Of a stretch of 64,000 bases of DNA, positions 55,615 to 64,000 are shown one piece after another (positions within the stretch are counted from its first letter, which is position 1; each line of letters begins with the position of its first letter). Source of the DNA: a virus; IMG/VR virus record IMGVR_UViG_3300028883_000033, positions 1 through 64,000 of that record. One strand, written 5' to 3'. The notes beneath the pieces are model-generated. The model was not told where the DNA came from, searched no databases, and was given only the letters and a program-made list of their open reading frames with translations. The position numbers and the translations under genes are program-made.

Positions 55615-58600
55615 GTGGCAGACAACAGCGATTACACCAAACCGCGAACTAATTTATTTGACCTCTTACCGGAGGTCTATCAATCAGATACAAACCGCTC
55701 GGTTTTCGAGAACCTATTCAACCGTTTTCTGACCAAACAGGAAACAAAGCGCGTATCTGGTTATATTGGCGATGGGAATCCGAATGCTGTCGTAAAACGA
55801 CAAATTCAAGAGTTTAACGTCCACCGTCAAGCGTATCAGCTCCAGCCGATTTTGTACAACAAGATTGGTTCGGTTGAGTGGATGTCCTCATGGAAGGATT
55901 TGCTGAATGAGGCCGAACGTCTCGGTATTGATCCAGAAGCTATTCAAGAGTGGTTAAGTCTACTCCAGTTTAACTGGGCTCCTCCTATTGACATTGATAA
56001 GTTGATCCATTACCAAGATTATTATTGGTATGATGAGGACAACCCAAGTTCAAAACCACAATTCATCACAATTCGCAGTCGATGTGCAACTGCTACTTCG
56101 TATGCGAATTTCCAGGAGTCGTTAGTTGAGGAATATGGATCTGATTTTCCTGTTCTGCGAGCTGCTTCTGTTGATGATGTTTTACCTACGTTCGACATTA
56201 TCTCTCTCATTGTTGCAACCAGTCAGATTGTAGTATCCGGCGATGTCACAGATGAACTATCAGATGGACAGTTTCTTGAAGTAACTGGAACATTGGGTAA
56301 TAATGGTGTGTACCAACTTGATGGAGATCCAATATTTGATACACTATCAGGGAACTCAGTCATTCAAGTAGCACCAGGAGCATTCCCAGGTGCAGATGAA
56401 GTTATCGGCTCTGTAAAACTTGAGCGCTATGATAAATTTGTTATTACTGGTGATTACGGTCGCTTGATGGAACCTGGGTTCGTGTTCTTCTTCAAACACT
56501 CATCCAACGAAGAGATCAACGATTCATTCTTGATTGTTACAGATTCGGAATATGATGAATCAAATACTGAAACCACTGTAACATTATCGATGGTGTTTAC
56601 CGATCGTCGTGTTGACGGTGTAGTATCGTTGTCTGAGAAATTAGCAGCAGCACAGGCGGCTCGGGATTGTCAGTGTACTGGTTCTATCGGTTGGGATCTA
56701 TTCCAGTGGGATGATAACCCAGATACTCCAGAAATTTGGCACCAGGACACTCCATATCTTGATCCATGTGGGAATATCGTTGAAGATTTTAACTCACTGA
56801 TTGCATCGATCTCTAACGCAGGCCCTCCAGGCGCTCCGTGTGGAGAGAACCAGCTGTGGTGGGATACTGACGCTGACATTTTATACCAATATTCTTCAGC
56901 GACGGGATGGAAGACAATATGGAATGCTTTCTCTATATTGGTAGAAGACACCCGAGGAGCGGGACTGTGGGATCTGACGCTTGGTTGTGGAGTACAGACT
57001 GTTGTAAGCGGATCGGAACAGTGGATTACTGCAAATAAATGGCTACATAAAACTGACGTTCCTAACTTCGCTATTGCGAAACAAGCAAGCGTTCCAATCA
57101 TAGAGTTTGATTGGGATTTGGAACTCAATGAGTGGACATATACCACATATAATTGGAAATATCGTTCAGAAACACTTCGTCCGTTTGATGAAATTGACGC
57201 TGAACCAGATTTCGTTGAGCTCGTCCCTCTAACAATTTATGAGCGTGAAAGTGGAGTGTTAGACTCTATAGTGTTTGATGCTCGATATGGTGACATGACG
57301 GAGTACTTTGCACCAGGCCGCGAAATGGCTTTCCCAACAGTAACGGATGTGTTTGAAGTTGTGTCATCTTCATATGTTGCTGATAATCCTGGTGAGTCCC
57401 AGAAGACGCGGGTTACGTTCAACAAGGACATTGTTGCACCAGAGATAACATTTGGTAACACCGATACTGGAACTGAGTCTATCATCAACACGTCAGGTTC
57501 CCCAGCCGATCCAGCACCTCTTCGTCCTTTGTGGACATCGCAAGGTGATGCATGGAAAGGATACAACGTGCATTGGGTGTATGTGAGTTCCAATGCATCC
57601 GTTCCCATCGTACATCAACCAAAGAACAGTTTCACTGAAATTGGTACCACTCAGCCTGTAATAAATGATGTGGATTATGATTACACTTTCACTTATTACG
57701 CGCAGCAGTACAGTATAACATCGGCTAGTGAAGTATCTCATCTTGAGCTTGCAGCTGGTGCTCAGCCAGGATCGTCGTTAGACTTACGACATCGTGCCAT
57801 GGCTGGTATGAATGATGTCCGCGTATACATTAACGGTATTCGTCAATATGGTACATTCAATGAAGACGCAGACGCTGCGGGGTTTGTGACCGGCGTCACG
57901 TTCCTTACTGGATATGGTCCTACACAATTTGATGAAGTGCTAATTGAGGTTGGTGAAGCTACACCAGCTGATTTCGGTCGGACCAGCGTTCCTGTTCGAA
58001 CGATTGAAGATGACTATGCATACGCTGGTTCTTCCGAACCGACGTACATAAGTTTGGTAAAGTACAGAAAAGAAGAACAAGTAAAAACGCAGACAAATCA
58101 GTATCCACTATTTGATATGTACAATGTGGACGGCACGCCTGCATATAAAGCATCGCCTCTGTTCGCGTTCGTTACCGATTCTAGTCAGCCAGTAAATGGT
58201 GCAATTCAGATGCGCCTTGTTACTGGAAGTACTGGCAACAACTTCTTATTCCAGCAGTATCTGGTGGATGAAGATGATGGTACGATGTACGCCTATCGCG
58301 ACTACGTTAACCAAACCGACAATATCTGGGTTGATTTAGACACACTCACAGTAAACTTCTGGGATGGATTAGCTTGGTCGGAGTACAAAATTATCGATCG
58401 GTACTTCATGAAAGCTATAGTTCAGGATTATCCACCAGAACTTCCGTGGGAAAATATCAATGGTGTGTACTGGCTCGATACGCTCGAGAAGGTGTTGAAA
58501 GTTCGCAATGTTACTGCTGACCAATGGGTACCAGCAGAAGCATATTATGGACCGAGTGATCCTACTCTCCAGACAGTATGGAAGAAAGGATTAAATGATG

Positions 58601-61600
58601 AACTGTATGTTCCTCAGAAACGCGATTGGGAAAAACGCACGCTAGAAGAGTATAATGAGCAGAAGGCTGTGTACGTTGAGGAATTGGCCGAAGAGCTAAT
58701 GCTTGATGATTCATCTTTGACTGAACCTGATGCAATCGCTCAGGCTGAAATGGAGTGGAATTCTGAACAAGCAAACCACCTATCGCCAACAGGCGCTTGG
58801 GTTGGTGACTGGGAAATTCCTGATCCTCTGTATTACAACTATGGCCATGAGAACCGTAGACAAGTATCAATGTCAGAGTTGATTACTCACTTTGATACGA
58901 TTATTAAAGCTCAGCCGAAGATTCCGGGGTACTCAGGTCCTCGCAAAAACATGTTCCATCTGATTCCTTCAAATGATGTTAACTATGGGCTTGGTGGGAC
59001 AATTCGTGAGTTTAACTATGGGTTTGATACATTCTTATCAGCTCTATTCTCACACCAAGTATCTCCGCGTACGTTGATTGAGTTTGCACAAGATCAGTAT
59101 GAGGTTCTACTTAATAGCCTAGAAGAACTTTACCGTCGTGATAGTGTTGAATTGTTCACTACAATATCAACCGAGTCCCTGTCCGACATGTCTAAGTTCA
59201 TAGTCGATACTATTATTGAAACGTACGAACAGAATGATGCAACAGCTGCTCTGTATGGCGACAGTACGACATTCTTCGATCGACCAGGAACAACTGATGA
59301 TGTTGGCGTTCGCAACTGGATAGCTACCCTACCATTTTTGGGAATGGTTGAAAACAGAGTTCCTGCAAAAGTGGTAGACGAAGACCATGAGTTGAATCAA
59401 ATTATTCACCACGATGGTCATAGAAGCAACTATTTCCTTGCTGATGCTACTGTTGAGAGTATTATCCGCAACATTGTGGATTCCCCTGATGTGCGTACAG
59501 TTACACCAGGTTCTAACGACGAGCCAAAACCGTTTGGTGTTATTCCTAATACTCCAACACCACCACCTAATAACACAGATGAGTTTGAACTTTGGTTTGA
59601 CACATCGATTGCAAACCGTGAAGGTGTATATTGGTATTATGTGAATGGCCCAGACCGTACGTTGTATCGTTTGGAAGTTGCTGAGATTGGAACAACGGTA
59701 CCTTCTTCGACTGTTCCTGACGGTACTCTATGGCTAGATTTACGTCCTGGATTGGAAGCACTTCGTGTTAAGACAACCAATCCTAATACTGGGGATGTTG
59801 ATTGGGAAGTTCCTAAAAATATCATAGTTGGCGAGGATCCAGTTCGCTTGCACAACGGAACAGATCCATCAGACATATCAACTGCCGAGGTTTCTGCTTG
59901 GACGCGTATAGACCTCAATAGTTACTTGACTGATGTTATTTTTGAGGTTGAGCACCGTTTACATTCTGTTGCTCCTGACTACAGTAAGTTAAAGTATGAC
60001 TTTGACGCATTAAAGCAACAATATACTAGCGAGTATCAACAATATCTTGAGGAACAGTTCTTAGCTTACACCAGCGAAGCGGAGATAATTGCTCCACTGT
60101 CGAATTCCGCATACTCAGCATCTGATCCATTTACATGGAATTACAAACATTCAACAGTTGGTAGAGGATACCAGATCGTTGATATCGACACAGACGACAA
60201 CGCCTTTATCATTTCGGGACATTTTCAGTTTGTGTTTGATCCATGCAAGCCACCAACACCAACACCGCCTGGTTGGGTTCAACCACCAGCGTGCACAGGA
60301 TCTGGCGTGCAGGTTACTTTCTATGTTAAAAACAATGGACCGAATGATGGAACATGGACGGTGGTGTCAACCAGCGCACATCAAACCGCCGAAGACATCT
60401 GTTCATCTGGTTCGGTACTAACATGCACGGATGACAACAAGTTCACTAAGATATACGTCAATGAGCCTATAACCAATGTAGTAGGTGGAACGATATACCA
60501 AGGTATTCTTCCATCAACTGCCAATGATGGTTCCGAGTCCGGTGGCGATTGGAGGGATCTGTACCAGAAAGCGCTAGGAACGCCATATCCACATTTGGAG
60601 CCTTGGAGTCTTCAGGGTTATGTCGATAAGCCTGACTGGTGGGATCAATACTACCTTAACGACGACCCTAAGAAATGGGGCAGTCGTCGGTGGAAGTACA
60701 AGCACGGGTTTGATATTGCTGATGCTATCAACACAACGGACATATTTGAAATAGATGGTGAGTTTATTGAAGTATTCCCAACGGGAAAACTTTTCACCGT
60801 GGATAATTCAGTTGGTGTTCAGAATGGCCAATGGCAAGTAGGTAAGATAGGTGATGTTGTCAGCGTCACTCCAGGTCCTGCAACGAGTGCTAGTTTGGAA
60901 ATTGCAGGCGATCATGTTACCACGTTTACTGCTGGCACACAGTTCGCAATCATCTCATCGACTGGACAAATCGTCAAGACGTTGACTGTCGCCTCATCAT
61001 TCTTCACAGGACCGCCAACAAGTAGGACGATCATTGTTGTTGAAGAAGAGATCGTTGATATTACAGATTTTGATGTGTTTGGTGGTGCTACATATGATCC
61101 AGATACGAACAGAACCTCTATCCGTATAGACACGTCTGCGTTATCTCCAGTTCGTAGTGATATTACAGTTAACGGCCCAGGTGGACGAATTGCTATTAGC
61201 TACGGCATGTGGAACAATATTATCCAGGGTGAAATTCCTCCTGGCGTATCATATCCTAATGGCGTGATCAGCGTCACGGGAGATTACCAAGATGTTTCCA
61301 GCGGATTGATCAGTAGCCCTCTCCCTACATTTAACTATCTGTGTGTTAATATCGACAATCACGAAATCAACACGGGTGGTTCATATCAGCCGGATGATGT
61401 GTTCCCTCCTTACTGGAATTATAGTCAGCATTTCGGTGCTACAATACCAACGTTTGATTCGCGTATTCGTTCAATATTTTCTCAGTTGTCAACGGAGATT
61501 CTCTCAGAATCGGCAGACTATTCATTTGGTGATGCGGGATATGTTGAATGGGTGTGGAGAAACTCATCTCAGTTCCTATATGATCAATTGACGGTTGCCT

Positions 61601-64000
61601 TCCGAATTGATCCGGTTCGGTTTATGTACCTAGCGTTTGGCCCTGAATACCATCAGATAGCTGGATTGTTGATCGATAAGCGTCTTGAACAGGTGATGTC
61701 GCATGCTAACACTGAATTCCATGGCGATATCATTAATGACAAAGAAGTACTGAAATTCAATGGTATTAACCAGTGGTATGTCAACTATCTCCGTTATACT
61801 GGAGTGGACATTAGTATGTCTGACTTCCGTACATCGTGGACTCAGTGGACGGCACCTATGATGTATCAGTTCTCTTCGTTCATTGATACACCATCATTGG
61901 ATGTAGCTCATCGCCAGGTATGTATTAGTGAGTTTGATTATAGAATAGCATCTAAGCGCTCTCCAGGAGCTGAAGACTACTGGTTAGATTCGTTTGATAT
62001 CTACACTCTATCAATTCCACCAAAACTTGCTCGGTATGATAATGAGTTCCAGTGGAAGTTTGAAATCACAACGAAGCCTCCATATACGAAGACGGTATCG
62101 TATTATGATGTTCAGAATTATCAGTTCTATGCTGATCCTGATACTGATCTATGTACGATGTACTCGTGGCTAGTTGATGATATGAGCTTCTTCAACGACA
62201 CGTTTACCGTTCGTGGCGATCAGACAGAATTCTTTGCAGCAAACAGAACGTTTGATGTTGTTGAGTCTACAGACAATAACGGAACGTATACTATTATTAG
62301 TTCCGTATACAACGCTGTTACGGATCAGACTTTGATCCAAGTAAGTGAAAACGTTACTGGTGTTGTAAAAGATGGACGCATAATTCTTAACTATAGAGCA
62401 TTGCCATGGCAGACGGGTGAAGCTGTGGTGCTGTCAACGCATGAAACATTGCCAGCTCCGTTACAAATGGATAATACTAATGGTGTATACTATTACTTCT
62501 TCATTCGCGAAACCCACAACACTTTCCGTCTAGCAACAACCCGAACGGAAGCTGAAGCTGGCAATTATGTCAACATTACAACGAAGGGAAGAAGCGACCA
62601 TTATGTAGGTAAAGTCCAGACGACATTCACCGACGGCGTTCAAACTTCTAAATTCTGGCGTCATTATGCACTCGACACTGCAACAGTACGTACGTTTATG
62701 CCACCATATGACGTGTCCGGTTTCCAGGGCATCATTAACATCATAGATGGATACGAACAGTACACTAAGGATCAGGGCTGGAGATTTAACGTTGATGGAA
62801 CATTGCGTGATCCAGGCAACACAACATATGCCGTAAACTGGCAGCACGAGCTGCGTCGGTTCATTCAGTATAACTACAACCTGCGTGCTATTCGCACAAA
62901 AGTTGAAGATCGTTTCCCTGTGACTGTTAACGTTGGTTCTAATGTTTGGACGATTACTGATAACAGTCGCCCATACTTCATTACTGGGGATCCTGTAACA
63001 ATATTCTCTTCGAATGGTGTATACCCACCTCCGTTGGTTCGAGGCGGTCGTTACTACATGATTCGTGATGAAATCTCCAACTTTAGATTGGCGGCAACAA
63101 AAGCTGATGCTACTGCTGGGGTATCAATCGATATAACGGATGATGCTGGAACGGAAAAACTGTTCCTAACTAAAGCGGCAATCCTAACACAGAATGCTCC
63201 TAGGTTTGAACTTAACCCATTCAGAAATGCAGTTTGGTTCCGTCCGGAGCGTGGTATTGTTTCCAACTTACTAACCGGTCCTACAGATGATGTGTTTACA
63301 TCTCAGTTAATGGTTGATCAGTACGGTCGTCCAATGAACCAGGACGCTGTTCGCATCTTCCGTGAAGATAAAGAAACAAAGATCACCATAGAAGATCAGC
63401 TTGATAATGATGTGGAACCAATCCGCATAACTCAGAATCCGTACAACTATATTCATCTTGGTGCAGTTCATTTGTTTGTTGATACGTATGAACACGTAAT
63501 GGTGTTTAACGATAACACAACCGAAGGGCAGTTACTATACGACCCATTCGTTGGATTGAACTTGACCAAGTTCGAGATGTTGTTCAACAGGCAGTTGGAA
63601 TTTACACAACGTCCAAACGTTGGTGGTCAGTATTTGAGTACGTTCTATAACCAAGGCGCAGATCTCAATCGCAACATTGAAGCGAGCATTGAAGATTTGC
63701 GTAATCTATATGACACCTATCAAGTCATTGAGGCCAACGAACTGGTACTACAATCTCGTAAGACGATGGGGTATGAAGGTCGCGAAGACTACCTCGATAA
63801 CCTCAACCTGAACGCAAAATCACAGTTTGCATTCTGGCGTGGTCAGATACAAACCAAAGGTGCGATGAGTTCCGTTAATGCATTCGTTAACTCCCGTCGA
63901 TTCATTGATGCTAAGGTAGATGAGTTCTGGGCATATAAGATCGGTGAATTCGGTTCATCCCAGGATAAAGATTATATCGAGATGTGGTTGAAACTTAATG
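55615..64000 (+). CDS. Very large baseplate/virion protein (gp7-like position), >2,790 aa, truncated at the window end; absent from the ORF track
   Basis: GTG start (MADNSDYTKPRTNLFDLLPEVYQSDTN...), GGAG SD, no stop seen to 64000; PPIDIDKL..YQDYYW and TPYPHLEPW..QGY..KPDWW motifs; follows gp6. Confidence 0.85.
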   Translation, partial: MADNSDYTKPRTNLFDLLPEVYQSDTNRSVFENLFNRFLTKQETKRVSGYIGDGNPNAVVKRQIQEFNVHRQAYQLQPILYNKIGSVEWMSSWKDLLNEAERLGIDPEAIQEWLSLLQFNWAPPIDIDKLIHYQDYYWYDEDNPSSKPQFITIRSRCATATSYANFQESLVEEYGSDFPVLRAASVDDVLPTFDIISLIVATSQIVVSGDVTDELSDGQFLEVTGTLGNNGVYQLDGDPIFDTLSGNSVIQVAPGAFPGADEVIGSVKLERYDKFVITGDYGRLMEPGFVFFFKHSSNEEINDSFLIVTDSEYDESNTETTVTLSMVFTDRRVDGVVSLSEKLAAAQAARDCQCTGSIGWDLFQWDDNPDTPEIWHQDTPYLDPCGNIVEDFNSLIASISNAGPPGAPCGENQLWWDTDADILYQYSSATGWKTIWNAFSILVEDTRGAGLWDLTLGCGVQTVVSGSEQWITANKWLHKTDVPNFAIAKQASVPIIEFDWDLELNEWTYTTYNWKYRSETLRPFDEIDAEPDFVELVPLTIYERESGVLDSIVFDARYGDMTEYFAPGREMAFPTVTDVFEVVSSSYVADNPGESQKTRVTFNKDIVAPEITFGNTDTGTESIINTSGSPADPAPLRPLWTSQGDAWKGYNVHWVYVSSNASVPIVHQPKNSFTEIGTTQPVINDVDYDYTFTYYAQQYSITSASEVSHLELAAGAQPGSSLDLRHRAMAGMNDVRVYINGIRQYGTFNEDADAAGFVTGVTFLTGYGPTQFDEVLIEVGEATPADFGRTSVPVRTIEDDYAYAGSSEPTYISLVKYRKEEQVKTQTNQYPLFDMYNVDGTPAYKASPLFAFVTDSSQPVNGAIQMRLVTGSTGNNFLFQQYLVDEDDGTMYAYRDYVNQTDNIWVDLDTLTVNFWDGLAWSEYKIIDRYFMKAIVQDYPPELPWENINGVYWLDTLEKVLKVRNVTADQWVPAEAYYGPSDPTLQTVWKKGLNDELYVPQKRDWEKRTLEEYNEQKAVYVEELAEELMLDDSSLTEPDAIAQAEMEWNSEQANHLSPTGAWVGDWEIPDPLYYNYGHENRRQVSMSELITHFDTIIKAQPKIPGYSGPRKNMFHLIPSNDVNYGLGGTIREFNYGFDTFLSALFSHQVSPRTLIEFAQDQYEVLLNSLEELYRRDSVELFTTISTESLSDMSKFIVDTIIETYEQNDATAALYGDSTTFFDRPGTTDDVGVRNWIATLPFLGMVENRVPAKVVDEDHELNQIIHHDGHRSNYFLADATVESIIRNIVDSPDVRTVTPGSNDEPKPFGVIPNTPTPPPNNTDEFELWFDTSIANREGVYWYYVNGPDRTLYRLEVAEIGTTVPSSTVPDGTLWLDLRPGLEALRVKTTNPNTGDVDWEVPKNIIVGEDPVRLHNGTDPSDISTAEVSAWTRIDLNSYLTDVIFEVEHRLHSVAPDYSKLKYDFDALKQQYTSEYQQYLEEQFLAYTSEAEIIAPLSNSAYSASDPFTWNYKHSTVGRGYQIVDIDTDDNAFIISGHFQFVFDPCKPPTPTPPGWVQPPACTGSGVQVTFYVKNNGPNDGTWTVVSTSAHQTAEDICSSGSVLTCTDDNKFTKIYVNEPITNVVGGTIYQGILPSTANDGSESGGDWRDLYQKALGTPYPHLEPWSLQGYVDKPDWWDQYYLNDDPKKWGSRRWKYKHGFDIADAINTTDIFEIDGEFIEVFPTGKLFTVDNSVGVQNGQWQVGKIGDVVSVTPGPATSASLEIAGDHVTTFTAGTQFAIISSTGQIVKTLTVASSFFTGPPTSRTIIVVEEEIVDITDFDVFGGATYDPDTNRTSIRIDTSALSPVRSDITVNGPGGRIAISYGMWNNIIQGEIPPGVSYPNGVISVTGDYQDVSSGLISSPLPTFNYLCVNIDNHEINTGGSYQPDDVFPPYWNYSQHFGATIPTFDSRIRSIFSQLSTEILSESADYSFGDAGYVEWVWRNSSQFLYDQLTVAFRIDPVRFMYLAFGPEYHQIAGLLIDKRLEQVMSHANTEFHGDIINDKEVLKFNGINQWYVNYLRYTGVDISMSDFRTSWTQWTAPMMYQFSSFIDTPSLDVAHRQVCISEFDYRIASKRSPGAEDYWLDSFDIYTLSIPPKLARYDNEFQWKFEITTKPPYTKTVSYYDVQNYQFYADPDTDLCTMYSWLVDDMSFFNDTFTVRGDQTEFFAANRTFDVVESTDNNGTYTIISSVYNAVTDQTLIQVSENVTGVVKDGRIILNYRALPWQTGEAVVLSTHETLPAPLQMDNTNGVYYYFFIRETHNTFRLATTRTEAEAGNYVNITTKGRSDHYVGKVQTTFTDGVQTSKFWRHYALDTATVRTFMPPYDVSGFQGIINIIDGYEQYTKDQGWRFNVDGTLRDPGNTTYAVNWQHELRRFIQYNYNLRAIRTKVEDRFPVTVNVGSNVWTITDNSRPYFITGDPVTIFSSNGVYPPPLVRGGRYYMIRDEISNFRLAATKADATAGVSIDITDDAGTEKLFLTKAAILTQNAPRFELNPFRNAVWFRPERGIVSNLLTGPTDDVFTSQLMVDQYGRPMNQDAVRIFREDKETKITIEDQLDNDVEPIRITQNPYNYIHLGAVHLFVDTYEHVMVFNDNTTEGQLLYDPFVGLNLTKFEMLFNRQLEFTQRPNVGGQYLSTFYNQGADLNRNIEASIEDLRNLYDTYQVIEANELVLQSRKTMGYEGREDYLDNLNLNAKSQFAFWRGQIQTKGAMSSVNAFVNSRRFIDAKVDEFWAYKIGEFGSSQDKDYIEMWLKLN

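Noticed and set aside
1-64000. Stop-codon reassignment (alternative genetic code)
   Set aside because: All core genes read full-length in the standard code with high coding density.

Overview
A 64-kb slice of a large T4-related myophage genome, dominated by the virion morphogenesis module. The head genes are terminase small/large, portal gp20, two gp67-like core proteins, protease gp21, scaffold gp22, major capsid gp23 and head completion gp4. The neck/tail genes are neck gp13/gp14, gp15, sheath gp18, tube gp19, tape measure, a gp26/gp51-like chaperone pair and baseplate gp48/53/27/5/25/6-like genes, plus a >2,790-aa baseplate protein running off the right end. Fibre/collagen genes lie at the left end. 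A replication/recombination block carries a DinG-like helicase, RuvC, gp46/gp47 and the late sigma factor gp55. T4-type late promoters (xATAAATA) and a few sigma70 promoters are visible. No tRNA, CRISPR array, integrase or transposase was seen. Most notable: (1) a Gly-Ser-Pro tripeptide repeatedly inserted into loops of virion proteins (about 26 copies, 14 in one fibre protein, none seen in the non-virion enzymes checked), suggesting a sequon for an undescribed virion modification or decoration system; (2) an inverted two-gene island encoding a sulfur-globule-protein-like secreted protein, pointing to a sulfur-oxidising host; (3) a ~200-nt structured non-coding element upstream of the helicase; (4) a probable -1 frameshift fusing the gp26/gp51-like ORFs; (5) apparently leaderless late genes. 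All family assignments are from motif recognition and synteny, not database searches.
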